A DNA stretch of 64,000 nt, taken from the IMG/VR virus record IMGVR_UViG_2721755344_000002, positions 50,308 to 114,307 of that record; one strand, 5' to 3'. Below the pieces are notes generated by a model. That model was not told the origin of the DNA and ran no database searches. It saw only the letters and a list, made by a program, of their open reading frames with translations. How positions within the stretch are numbered: position 1 is the first letter of the stretch; each line of letters begins with the position of its first letter. Position numbers and translations under genes: made by a program. The stretch comes from a virus. Taxonomy: Duplodnaviria; Caudoviricetes. Below are positions 9,004 through 18,364 of the stretch, piece by piece.

Positions 9004-9222
9004 TTACAGTAAGGACATTTCATAAAGTTTCCTCAGTAAGAACATTTCATAAAGTTTCCTCTCTAAAGCCTGAATATTATCTTTGAGTAAAATATTCTCC
9101 CTAACCAAACTAGCAGGATCACTATTGGTTTCAAGCTCATAAATGTAATTTCGGACTGGCTTCGGTAAGGCATTTATATTTTTAGATGTTGGCTTCCATC
9201 TTCTTCCAGGATTCTGTTTCAT
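9004..9222 (-). CDS. hypothetical phage protein
   Basis: NINALPKPVRNYIYELETNSDPA; C-terminal 27-bp tandem duplication. Confidence 0.65.
   Translation of the reverse strand: MKQNPGRRWKPTSKNINALPKPVRNYIYELETNSDPASLVRENILLKDNIQALERKLYEMFLLRKLYEMSLL
9007..9060. repeat. 27-bp tandem duplication (2 copies, 1 mismatch)
   Basis: cagtaaggacatttcataaagtttcct / cagtaagaacatttcataaagtttcct. Confidence 0.9.
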
Positions 9223-9226
9223 ATAT

Positions 9227-9253
9227 ATTAAATAACACTATTATTTAGAATTT
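9227..9253 (-). promoter_or_regulatory. class II promoter-like motif
   Basis: AATTCTAAATAATAGTGTTATT, ATG 10 nt downstream without an SD. Confidence 0.4.
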
Positions 9254-9260
9254 TCGCATT

Positions 9261-11831
9261 TTAAACGAACTCGAAAGTGAACTCTCCGCCTGTACTGGCT
9301 ATAAGAGCTATTGCATTTGCTAAAACTATATCGTCAGGTGATTTAGAACCGCCTGTTTTCATCTTAGCTAAATAGGAAAATCTTTTGGCCTGTTCAATAA
9401 ATCTCTTACTTTGAATTACCATCTCATCCATTCTAATAGCTTTGTCAAGCAAGTCGATCATTTGGGGTCTTGATAAATTCGATGTCAACCAACCCATCTT
9501 TCTATCAGGTCCCACATAAATATTAGGATAAGCTGGATAGGCTACCGCTCCCCTTCTTACTATTCCATTTGCCAAATTCAGAATTACAGCGTGACCGTGA
9601 TTGTTTCTTTCCACAGCAAGTACCGCATTATTATATGCCTTACCAAGCCTCCATAATTTCTCACTAAATATATCAGGGGTCCACCTTCCCACCAATAAAC
9701 CTACCTGTTCTATAGGAAGAGGAAAAGTCCTTAATACCATAGCTGCTGAATAATCTGAGTGCGGATCTCCTTCTGCAACATCTGCTCCCACCACATATTT
9801 AGCCCCAGGTTGAGCCATTCTGTAAACATACATATCTCCGCCTAGCCATATCTCTGCTGGAAACTGCTCTACTAAATTCTTATCTATTTGATTTAACTTA
9901 ATATTATCAAATACTGGAGTTCCTGACTTTAGAAAGACTTCTTCATCGTCGTCCTCGGGGTATTCCTGAACAAACTTAGCCCCCATCCTGAACTTCTTTT
10001 CCCTCCGCCAAGCTAACTGTTCAACAGTTAATCCAAACCTTTCTATTAATGCGACCTCTTCTTCATCCAAACTCGTAAGTATCTCTGACTTTTGCTCTTC
10101 TGTCAAATCGGTAATTTTATATTCTGAGTGCTTGTGCCACACAAAGTAGTGCCCAAAATACTCGTTTTTAACCCTTCGTTTGGGCCTGAATGGGTTTTTA
10201 GCTCCCATGTAATAGTCATAGAAGGGTCCGCCCTCCCCTCGTGCCGTAGACTCTAAAACCACGTGCCCAGTCCGAGGAACCGATTCCAATAAACCTATCA
10301 AAAAATCCTCCGTAAAGCTGGGAGAGCTCACTTCTGATAAATGAAGGTTATTAATAGTCCTGCCACGCCCAAAGTCCCTAGTTTCTGCCGAGCCAATAGT
10401 TAGAGTTGAATTTATCTTATCAAAATAAAGCTCTAATCTATTCGAGTACTTAACATGAGGCTGAAACACAGGAGCTGGTAATGGTTGACCCGCTATTGAA
10501 TCAAACATAAACTTTGAATTATGAATAATCCCGGAAACAGTTCTGTATTGATTATTAGGCTGATTCAATTTATCGTATAATTGCCCTTTATAGTAAATGC
10601 TTTCTATTTTTTTAATCTTTTGATAAATATAATCGTTGGTTTCAATAAAAGAAACCTTCCTACATTTTCTATCTAATTTTGAGTATTTTGCAAAAGTAGA
10701 ACCAAACATAGTAAGACTATATAGAGGCTTTTTCCTATTATCTTTACTTTTACGAATACTTGACCAACCATAGCCAAGAGCACATATTATATCACGTAAT
10801 TGATACGCTAACTGCGGTCTGCTACTTCCATAACTATTAGCTTTTCTATTTTTTAGGTTATGCCCATCACCGTCTATTAGCCCTCTCACAAGCCCTGTAC
10901 AAAAATCTTTATTTGCATCAAAAATCCAATCTGGAATATACTTCTCATTACCATCAGAGTCTACATAAAAAGTTTCTCGAAAAAATCTACGCCAAACTTC
11001 GCTAAGAAGTTCTACTCTTAAAACATTATTTTTTACTTTTAATTTTACTTTACCTCTTATTTTTACTTCGCAAGTTTCAAAAAATCTTTTGATTCTTTCG
11101 CCGAATAGCTGCTCTTTTTTATTTAAAGTAAAAATAATATTAGAACCTCTATTCTTATCTTTTTCTACATAACCTTCCGCAAGTAATATTCCAACTACCC
11201 AACCAAACTCTTCGTTTAAATCTATTTTAGCTTCATTTACCCCGTTATAAAGAAGTTTACGACACATAAGTTCTGTATTAATGAAAATACTCTTTAATTT
11301 TCCTGTAATATTCTTCTTATCAAAAGCAATTCTATCCGATAAAGTTATGTAGCGAGCTTGCTTCCACCCCTTCTCTGTAAGAATTTTATGATCGGGGGTA
11401 ACTATAATCGGATGATTTGGATTATTTCGCACCTGAATAGAAATCAAATCTCCATCCCATCGAATAGTAGAAGTACCTGATTCGCTAATTTTCTTAGGAA
11501 AACCGTTTGCTTCCAAAGTTTCAACATCTGGATGCACACAACGCTCAAATAATGCACTCGAGTCTTTCTGTGTATGGCAAACAATAATTGAAACAGTATT
11601 TGGAACAAATAATGTATCGTGGAGGAACAAACCAAGGATCAAGGTTGAGAACCCGAGCTGCCTCGGTTTCAAGATCACGTCCCTACGTGTTCTATTATCA
11701 TAATATTGATTTTGAGCTTCGTTGAATATAAAAGGAACTACATTTCTATCTTTATCTGTAATAGAAACTAAGCTTTCGATAAAAAACTTCGGGTCTATTA
11801 AAGCACGGTCTCTAAGACTTAAATTTGTCAC
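9261..11831 (-). CDS. terL: terminase large subunit containing an intein
   Basis: ILKPRQLGFST (Walker A), LHLSEVS (Walker B), ESTARG coupling motif, VVGADVAEG and AVERNNHG nuclease motifs, DDIVLA. Confidence 0.93.
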   Translation of the reverse strand: MTNLSLRDRALIDPKFFIESLVSITDKDRNVVPFIFNEAQNQYYDNRTRRDVILKPRQLGFSTLILGLFLHDTLFVPNTVSIIVCHTQKDSSALFERCVHPDVETLEANGFPKKISESGTSTIRWDGDLISIQVRNNPNHPIIVTPDHKILTEKGWKQARYITLSDRIAFDKKNITGKLKSIFINTELMCRKLLYNGVNEAKIDLNEEFGWVVGILLAEGYVEKDKNRGSNIIFTLNKKEQLFGERIKRFFETCEVKIRGKVKLKVKNNVLRVELLSEVWRRFFRETFYVDSDGNEKYIPDWIFDANKDFCTGLVRGLIDGDGHNLKNRKANSYGSSRPQLAYQLRDIICALGYGWSSIRKSKDNRKKPLYSLTMFGSTFAKYSKLDRKCRKVSFIETNDYIYQKIKKIESIYYKGQLYDKLNQPNNQYRTVSGIIHNSKFMFDSIAGQPLPAPVFQPHVKYSNRLELYFDKINSTLTIGSAETRDFGRGRTINNLHLSEVSSPSFTEDFLIGLLESVPRTGHVVLESTARGEGGPFYDYYMGAKNPFRPKRRVKNEYFGHYFVWHKHSEYKITDLTEEQKSEILTSLDEEEVALIERFGLTVEQLAWRREKKFRMGAKFVQEYPEDDDEEVFLKSGTPVFDNIKLNQIDKNLVEQFPAEIWLGGDMYVYRMAQPGAKYVVGADVAEGDPHSDYSAAMVLRTFPLPIEQVGLLVGRWTPDIFSEKLWRLGKAYNNAVLAVERNNHGHAVILNLANGIVRRGAVAYPAYPNIYVGPDRKMGWLTSNLSRPQMIDLLDKAIRMDEMVIQSKRFIEQAKRFSYLAKMKTGGSKSPDDIVLANAIALIASTGGEFTFEFV
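10518..11540 (-). mobile_element. intein (341 aa) with LAGLIDADG homing endonuclease
   Basis: Starts C(98)VHPD, VTPDHKIL block B, GILLAEG and GLIDGDG LAGLIDADG motifs, ends IIHN followed by Ser. Confidence 0.92.
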
Positions 11832-11938
11832 ATATGTCCTTTTTAATTTTTACATTTTTCATCTCCTTCATACAATCATTTGACATTCGGTAATTGAAAA
11901 GGGCATAATTTACCCTATTGGAATACAAAATGTAAATC

Positions 11939-12289
11939 TTATGCCTTTTCTAGATCTCGGCCCGCCTGGTCACCGAGAACAATGTTGCTTTCTTGAGCAA
12001 CCATTTCTTGAGCAGGTTCCCTTGTTTCTTTTGTTTTATATGCTGAAGTTGTCCCTGTACCAACCAAACTAAAAAACATTATAAGTGCAGGAATCAACTG
12101 AAGCAGGATTATAATAGCCCCAAGAATTAAGAATATCCAAAGAGCCGTCCCGCCTTCTGAAAGGTCCCTCATCCTTAATCCCGACTTCGCTCCTGGATAG
12201 GTAGAAAACCAGAAGAATACAAAAGTCGCCACTGTTAAGATTAAAGACCATCTCCTCATTTTCTCACACGTGCTTGTTTTTACTCTCAT
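11939..12289 (-). CDS. membrane protein
   Basis: two hydrophobic segments, LWIFL..GAIIILLQLIPA. Confidence 0.7.
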   Translation of the reverse strand: MRVKTSTCEKMRRWSLILTVATFVFFWFSTYPGAKSGLRMRDLSEGGTALWIFLILGAIIILLQLIPALIMFFSLVGTGTTSAYKTKETREPAQEMVAQESNIVLGDQAGRDLEKA

Positions 12290-12342
12290 TTTAGTTACCT
12301 CCTTATTTATTCATTTAAGTATTTTGTCCAACTTATTCAAAG

Positions 12343-12457
12343 ACCGACGGGAGGGACTCGAACCCTCACGATCCCCTGCAAATCTTGGGTGAATTTATCG
12401 GTTTTACCAGCAGTTGATCTATCCCATCATTTAGCGTCTACATTTCGCCACCGTCGG
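12343..12457 (-). ncRNA. tRNA-like RNA / atypical tRNA with expanded central region
   Basis: Acceptor CCGACGG/CCGTCGG, Leu-type D-arm TGGCGAAATGTAGACGC, perfect T-arm GAGGG-TTCGAGT-CCCTC; ~65 nt between D and T arms with no 7-nt anticodon loop. Confidence 0.7.
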
Positions 12458-12707
12458 TCTCCGATTTATTTTTTTTCTTAAGCCTCTTGTCTAATCTATC
12501 CAAATCCACAACAGGCAAATTAAGAGCTTGCCTCATATATTCTAAATCGTTTTTCAATCCTTTCAATGTATCACCCCAAGGCCCACAAGCATCAACAGTC
12601 CACGCTGTAACTACTTTGCTGTTTTTCCCCAAATAATAACATTCATGGATTGTAAAATACGATTCACCTTCAATCAGGCGTTTGCAAACTCTATAGTTCC
12701 AACTCAT
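12438..12707 (-). CDS. conserved hypothetical phage protein
   Basis: MSWNYRV...IHECYY pattern. Confidence 0.75.
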   Translation of the reverse strand: MSWNYRVCKRLIEGESYFTIHECYYLGKNSKVVTAWTVDACGPWGDTLKGLKNDLEYMRQALNLPVVDLDRLDKRLKKKNKSETDGGEM

Positions 12708-13049
12708 CTAGCTACCAATATAGACCTGGCATCCATTCTGCGGGACTGGCACAAAGTACAGAATGACACCATTAATACGCCAAGTTATGTAGGCGTTACG
12801 TCCATCCTTGTATAGGAAAACATATCCTGTTGGCATATCTATATTATCAGGTGAAGTCAAAAGCCTAATAGCTATACCATCTAGTGTGCCACCAATATAG
12901 ATCACAATAATCTTATAAGCTCCCTGGTTAAAACTGAATACCTGCTGTCCAGCTACAAACTCACCATACAAACTACCAGGAGGAGCAGCTGCCGATATAT
13001 TAGGTAATAGCAACGCCCCTAATAATAACAACACAAGTAATTTTTTCAT
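12708..13049 (-). CDS. secreted hypothetical protein
   Basis: Sec signal peptide MKKLLVLLLLGALLLPNISAA. Confidence 0.7.
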   Translation of the reverse strand: MKKLLVLLLLGALLLPNISAAAPPGSLYGEFVAGQQVFSFNQGAYKIIVIYIGGTLDGIAIRLLTSPDNIDMPTGYVFLYKDGRNAYITWRINGVILYFVPVPQNGCQVYIGS

Positions 13050-13405
13050 TGATTCTGCACCCCCAAGTTCTTAGGACCAATAGGCGGTGTAGCATCAAGA
13101 TTGTAAGCATAGTTAGCCGGATCGCTATCCAAGCTCTCATTATTGTTAGTGTCCACAGCAGTCAGCACGAAGGACAATATTCCCGAACTGCCATCGGGAA
13201 CCGTCACTGTAAAGAGATAGAAAGTTGTTGGATGCGGAATAGTACCAATCAAGCTACGGGTTCCATCACTCCTATACAACCTATACTCCTTCATATCTGG
13301 TTCTGTATTAGCTGTCCAAGTTGCCTTAAGGTTTAGTGTCGCCGCTCCTGCTGTACTGGCTATAAACAATAGCCCCAAAATAAAACAGAAAATCCCTTTT
13401 TTCAT
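13046..13405 (-). CDS. secreted fibronectin type III-like domain protein
   Basis: Start refined to MKKGIF; signal peptide, W.AN.EPD...YRLYR, LTAVD...NES. Confidence 0.7.
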   Translation of the reverse strand: MKKGIFCFILGLLFIASTAGAATLNLKATWTANTEPDMKEYRLYRSDGTRSLIGTIPHPTTFYLFTVTVPDGSSGILSFVLTAVDTNNNESLDSDPANYAYNLDATPPIGPKNLGVQNQ

Positions 13406-13430
13406 GCTACTCCTTTCTATTAATACAATT

Positions 13431-13625
13431 CTACCTAACCTGGCATCCCCATACAGGATAATGATAATAGGAATACGGATAGGAATACGGATAAGGTTGA
13501 ACCACAACTGGAGGAGGAACTACTACCACCCCTCCGTGCCTATGATGCCGAGCACTTGTTTGGGTTGCTAAACTTGGCAAAATAATTAATGCTGCAAAAA
13601 CCAACAGTATAATAATTTTCTTCAT
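13431..13625 (-). CDS. small secreted Pro/Tyr-rich protein
   Basis: signal peptide, VVVPPPVVVQPYPYSYPY. Confidence 0.65.
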   Translation of the reverse strand: MKKIIILLVFAALIILPSLATQTSARHHRHGGVVVVPPPVVVQPYPYSYPYSYYHYPVWGCQVR

Positions 13626-13952
13626 AACTTTCCTCCTTTTTTAGTTGTTTGTTTTCTGTCATCCACAATCTTAATTCCTCGCTCTTCTGCCATTTTCACT
13701 ACGGCATCCACCATCTGATCTATGCTCATTTCCTTACCAAATACGAATCTGGTCTTCCCCTTCAATTTCTTCTTCATACTATCCTCCTATTTTTTTTCTT
13801 CGTTTCTCAATACTTCCTTTAAATATTTCTTTAAAATTTCTTCATCCTCACAAATCTCGTCTAATGTTCTTGTATCATAAGAGCAACCATTTAACAAGCT
13901 ATAATATTCACATTCGCAACATTTACATTCGCAAACCATTCAGAACTCCTAT

Positions 13953-14441
13953 CTAACCTCCCACACCTATTTCTGTCTTTGCTCGAACATCCCAAATTGC
14001 TTCCTCGCCTGTAGCTTTCGCTATTGACATAGCTCTAGTTTGATCCCTATCATTAAACGAAACATCTAAAAAAATCTTTCCTTCAGCACTTATCCAACCA
14101 CCATAAAATCTTTCATCCTTCTCCCTAACAAACGCCCGCTGTTTTTTAAACCAATTATAAATATCAGACCTACTTGAACCACTTTGAATTATTTCCCCAT
14201 GCCCCTTAATACCAACCATAAAACCAGTTCTGGGAACGTGTTTACCCCAGGGCCTCCAACTAAAACCTTCCTTCTTCTTCTCCAACTTCGTCATTAACTT
14301 CCCAATATCGCCCCTTGTTAGTCGCTGTTGAGTGTAAGCATTTACCATCTTTCCCCGCCTCATATAGCTCCTAATATTCACAGTAGCTTTTTGCAAGGAA
14401 TCCCATTCCTTATCTATTGTAGTAACAAAAAACCTAGTCAT
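13953..14441 (-). CDS. hypothetical phage protein, possibly head-packaged
   Basis: LQKA followed by VNIRSYMRRGKMVNAY; C-terminal GGW....IFLDVS...EEAIWDV domain. Confidence 0.7.
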   Translation of the reverse strand: MTRFFVTTIDKEWDSLQKATVNIRSYMRRGKMVNAYTQQRLTRGDIGKLMTKLEKKKEGFSWRPWGKHVPRTGFMVGIKGHGEIIQSGSSRSDIYNWFKKQRAFVREKDERFYGGWISAEGKIFLDVSFNDRDQTRAMSIAKATGEEAIWDVRAKTEIGVGG

Positions 14442-14575
14442 CTTATCCTCTTCCCCTTTTACATATTTTTATTATCCGATAAATTTGTTTCTCAACCCAA
14501 TCTTTTGGACCCGTAACCTCTGCTTCTACATCTCCAATTTTTATTCTTATACTATAAATTTGCATAGCAACCTCA

Positions 14576-14836
14576 TTACTCTTCCGTAAACGAAGCTTCC
14601 ACATCCCACTCTATAACTGGCTTACTACCAACTACAATAATCCGATGCCAATGAGGGTAAGATAACTTTAGCCCGCAACCCATCAACTCTGGTTCTTCGC
14701 ACGGTTGACTAACTGCGTTACAAAATATAACCCCTCCTTCCCAACCTGCAATTCCGTCCCTTACAGGTGGACAATGTTCTCTTTTTACAAAGACTCCGCC
14801 AGAGGCAAAATGATCATTCGGTGGTTCGGGTTTCAT
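14576..14836 (-). CDS. hypothetical protein
   Basis: AGGAG RBS. Confidence 0.55.
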   Translation of the reverse strand: MKPEPPNDHFASGGVFVKREHCPPVRDGIAGWEGGVIFCNAVSQPCEEPELMGCGLKLSYPHWHRIIVVGSKPVIEWDVEASFTEE

Positions 14837-14847
14837 CTTTTTCTCCT

Positions 14848-15276
14848 TTATATTTTAGTTTTAACTTCTAAGCCATCCCAACCAGTAATTCTAGTATTCT
14901 CAGGTTTAGTTATTGACAACCTTTTCAGTATCTTCCCCTCTTTAGAAAGAAGTATAGCCATACCTCTCATCTGAACAACCCGAACCTTGACCCCCTCTCT
15001 GTCATAGCAAAAGCCGGTCATTACCAAAATCCCGGTAATAACAATATTACTATCAGTGGTTTTCATACCTTTGTAAAATTCAAAATTTATAACAAAATGG
15101 TCAAGTGTATATCCCCAGTCTTTTCTGACTCCATCTTCCCAATCATGGATAACTTCACTAGTCTTCGAGATATCTTTATAGTACTTTTGTACAGTATCCA
15201 CATAACTGTCGTACTCACCTGCAAAACAAATAGTAGCTAAAAAAATTGAAAGTATGATCAAACTCTTTCTTAACAT
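14848..15276 (-). CDS. secreted hypothetical protein
   Basis: signal peptide MLRKSLIILSIFLATICFA. Confidence 0.7.
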   Translation of the reverse strand: MLRKSLIILSIFLATICFAGEYDSYVDTVQKYYKDISKTSEVIHDWEDGVRKDWGYTLDHFVINFEFYKGMKTTDSNIVITGILVMTGFCYDREGVKVRVVQMRGMAILLSKEGKILKRLSITKPENTRITGWDGLEVKTKI

Positions 15277-15442
15277 CTAGTCTCCTTCTGAGAAATCCAT
15301 GTCTAAAATTGCCTTGCAATGGCAACAAACTTTTTTCCATTTACCATTTTCCCACGCTGTGCCTAACTCTATTCGATAAACGCTATGGTCACAAGCTGTT
15401 CCCGATACCCTATTTGCGGGTGGATTTATGTAATAAATAAAT

Positions 15443-15868
15443 TTAGTCATTACTCCTTTTCTCCTCTGAGACTATCGTCCACTTAATACTCTGATTATCA
15501 ATATTGGCTGGAGCATAGTCTGTTCTCCACCAATTAGCCTCATTAAACTTTAATAACCTCCCTATCCTATCCGTTAATTTAGGATCGGTAGTCCTCTTTA
15601 CTATTCCGTAATACGAAAAACTATCATGTCTAGAGTTCTCGCAATCTATTATTGCAACCAGATGAAAATGAGTCTTGTCCCATCCGCTACTCAATACTAC
15701 CTCATCCCCAATTTTAAACTTAGGGAATTTCACTTTTTTATCTTTGCGGGCTTTCTTATATCTCATTTCTTCTTCGAGTTTAGCTTTCTTGCGAACATCT
15801 CTAAACTTATCATACTCCCAATCCTTTTTGATTCCTAAAGTTTTATCTGTTTTAGGTGCTGTTTGCAT
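15443..15868 (-). CDS. hypothetical protein (SH3-like KFKIGDEV)
   Basis: AGGAG RBS. Confidence 0.65.
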   Translation of the reverse strand: MQTAPKTDKTLGIKKDWEYDKFRDVRKKAKLEEEMRYKKARKDKKVKFPKFKIGDEVVLSSGWDKTHFHLVAIIDCENSRHDSFSYYGIVKRTTDPKLTDRIGRLLKFNEANWWRTDYAPANIDNQSIKWTIVSEEKRSND

Positions 15869-16185
15869 TTTCTCTCCTTACGGACAATAGGCTTTTCTTC
15901 ACTTTCACTATTATCATAAAAACTATTAACAGCAATAATGTTGGGAATACTAACTGCATTTCTCGAATTAAGTATATCGTGCAAGTCCAGCTCTCCGCCC
16001 CATTTATCTCTTATACTATTAAACACTCTCGCAAGTTTTCCCTTCAAAATAACTACGACCCCTTCGTAACCTACATACACTCCATCGGGAATATCTACGT
16101 TATCCCCAACTCTGAAAGATTTCAACTCGCAATTCCCCAACTTCAACTGAACGCATTCTCTTCCGTAACAATTATAGACTCCCAT
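15835..16185 (-). CDS. hypothetical phage protein
   Basis: coupled ORF. Confidence 0.65.
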   Translation of the reverse strand: MGVYNCYGRECVQLKLGNCELKSFRVGDNVDIPDGVYVGYEGVVVILKGKLARVFNSIRDKWGGELDLHDILNSRNAVSIPNIIAVNSFYDNSESEEKPIVRKERKCKQHLKQIKL

Positions 16186-16727
16186 TATTTTACCTTTATC
16201 CTCTCTGCTGTAACTGAACTCCTAATAGACTCCTTTTGCTTCACTTCAACTATTCCGGATAGGTAATCCTTCTTAGACACTTCTGGAAATCCTCTCTTCT
16301 TTGCTACCCAATAACTCAGACCTGAGTATCCGTAAGTCTGGAACAATCTTACTACTTCTGGAATATCTTTCTTATTTACCGGCTCGCAATCAGCTCCATA
16401 ATAGAAAGTATCATTCATATTCAACATAAACGTACCTTTGTGAATCCATCCTGCCCCCGAGGATAATAGAAAAATAAAATCATCGCTCACCATAGTCTTA
16501 TCTATCCGAGCAATGAGTTTGGCTAGCTTCATTACAGCGTCATTCCAACCGTCCTGACGTGGCGTTCTTTTAGTTTCTTTACCTTTACAGTCGATAGTAG
16601 CTTTCGGATAAATTCCTAAACTATACGAAACTTCCTTGATAAACAATAGACCTAACTTCTTCCCAACACTTTTGTTGTTGCACATTTTGCATATTATACT
16701 CTCGTCTTTTTTCATACATACCCCCAC
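16185..16727 (-). CDS. hypothetical phage protein
   Basis: NMNDTFYYGADCE pattern. Confidence 0.7.
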   Translation of the reverse strand: MGVCMKKDESIICKMCNNKSVGKKLGLLFIKEVSYSLGIYPKATIDCKGKETKRTPRQDGWNDAVMKLAKLIARIDKTMVSDDFIFLLSSGAGWIHKGTFMLNMNDTFYYGADCEPVNKKDIPEVVRLFQTYGYSGLSYWVAKKRGFPEVSKKDYLSGIVEVKQKESIRSSVTAERIKVK

Positions 16728-16837
16728 TAAATTATATAAACTCGCACTTTACGAATCTCGCAATAGCCACAAAGTAATATTCATACCTATGATAATTCCA
16801 GCACAAAATATAATAAAAGCAACAATAACTTCCATTC

Positions 16838-17137
16838 TCAACCTGCATTGAAACTTGCACAAATAATTTGACCAATCTTTATGTGATCTTCTGCAGTTCC
16901 AATTAGTTCAACTTTAACATCTTTTATATTATTTACCCAACAATCATTATGTTTTTCTTTCTCTTCGTGGTCTGCACATTGAAACCACCACGCTCCATCG
17001 TGCCATAAACGAAATCCAGATGGATCAATCTTTACAGCCTCTTTTTCTGACTCTGCGCAAACGACAGCTCCCGAGTATGTATCATAGTCGCTAGCCTCTT
17101 GCGAAATTTTATATAGCATTTTCTTTACTTTTTTCAT
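16838..17137 (-). CDS. conserved hypothetical phage protein
   Basis: YDTYSGAVVCAESE...ICASFNAG. Confidence 0.75.
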   Translation of the reverse strand: MKKVKKMLYKISQEASDYDTYSGAVVCAESEKEAVKIDPSGFRLWHDGAWWFQCADHEEKEKHNDCWVNNIKDVKVELIGTAEDHIKIGQIICASFNAG

Positions 17138-17243
17138 TCTTCTTATTTAATACAGTACGACCCAATCGTATTTAGTATCATTGCCACAATGAGGACACCA
17201 ACGGAAATCCTTATCTATCTTCTGACCACACAATCCACATACT

Positions 17244-17465
17244 TTATTTTGCTTTTTCTTCATTTTGATCCTCTATGAACTTCTCATTTAATTTATCTAT
17301 GACTTTCTGTAATTCATAAGAATCACCGTAAAGCCAAACATTACCAATATCTTTCTTGTCCCACAAAATTTTTACTGCTGTCCCATATTGGTTAACTCCT
17401 CTTATTTGAAATGAGTGATCAAACACTATTTTAATCATTTTCTGCCCTTCCTCGGAAATAGTCAT
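17244..17465 (-). CDS. hypothetical protein
   Basis: coupled ORF. Confidence 0.55.
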   Translation of the reverse strand: MTISEEGQKMIKIVFDHSFQIRGVNQYGTAVKILWDKKDIGNVWLYGDSYELQKVIDKLNEKFIEDQNEEKAK

Positions 17466-17935
17466 TATTCCCTACTCATAAATAAATTAACAGCCTTATC
17501 AAACATATTCTTATCTACAAAGAATAAAAATCCGTTGTCGAGCTCTAGCCATCCCTTAATTTTATCATACTCCATCAAAGCTGGCTCTCTCAATCTTAAT
17601 TTATTTCTTGCTATTTGATTTATCCTTCGCTTTACATCCTCTTCATCTTCTTCTCCGCAAATATAATAAACTTGCTTGCCATTAAATACTGAATACTGAA
17701 TATTCATCTCGCCTGCAATTAAATATGGATTCTTGGAAATTTGCTCCAATGCTTCGGGAACAGCTCCCCACTCAAACTCCGCACTACCCATATAGTCAAA
17801 GCTCCAAATTTTTACTAGCTTCTGCATTAGCTCCTCGACTATACCGCCGTTCGGTAATCCTCCACCAAAACTAAACGGATTAGCGGTTTCTAAAGGAGAT
17901 ATAAGTCTTTGAAGTAGATAAGTTTTTTCCATCAT
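17465..17935 (-). CDS. conserved hypothetical phage protein
   Basis: FDYMGSAEFEWGAVP. Confidence 0.75.
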   Translation of the reverse strand: MMEKTYLLQRLISPLETANPFSFGGGLPNGGIVEELMQKLVKIWSFDYMGSAEFEWGAVPEALEQISKNPYLIAGEMNIQYSVFNGKQVYYICGEEDEEDVKRRINQIARNKLRLREPALMEYDKIKGWLELDNGFLFFVDKNMFDKAVNLFMSRE

Positions 17936-17967
17936 AATTTTTCCTCCTAAAAAATTTGTTATCTCTT

Positions 17968-18147
17968 TTATTCGTCATTTAGCCTAATCATTCTAAAATG
18001 CCGTTTTTTTTCGATTCTTTTAGAAAATCTTTCCAATTCTTCTAAATTATTTTTTAGAGAATATGGGGAAAAGTTTTTTGTAAGAAGTACTGACTCTAAA
18101 CAAATTACGCAACGACAATTTTGATGGCTTGGAATACAATCATCCAT
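17968..18147 (-). CDS. 59-aa protein with HxNCRC motif and RMIRL tail
   Basis: Manual translation MDDCIPSHQNCRCVICLE...KKRHFRMIRLNDE*. Confidence 0.55.
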   Translation of the reverse strand: MDDCIPSHQNCRCVICLESVLLTKNFSPYSLKNNLEELERFSKRIEKKRHFRMIRLNDE

Positions 18148-18157
18148 TATCTCAATC

Positions 18158-18364
18158 CTATTGATTCATTGGTTTAGGGTATCTGTGAGAGAAATTTTCT
18201 CCCAATACCCAATATAACGCCCACAATCTTTGCTCTGCTTCTACTTGCAATAATGCCCTCGGCGCATTTGTCCAAATATCTGCACAACCACCTTCGTAGA
18301 GGACATGGTGATAATTATCTTTAAGCTCATCTATTTTTCCCCTAATTTCTTTTTCTGTTTTCAT
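18158..18364 (-). CDS. hypothetical phage protein
   Basis: MKTEKEIR...NAPRALLQ; GGAGG RBS. Confidence 0.65.
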   Translation of the reverse strand: MKTEKEIRGKIDELKDNYHHVLYEGGCADIWTNAPRALLQVEAEQRLWALYWVLGENFSHRYPKPMNQ

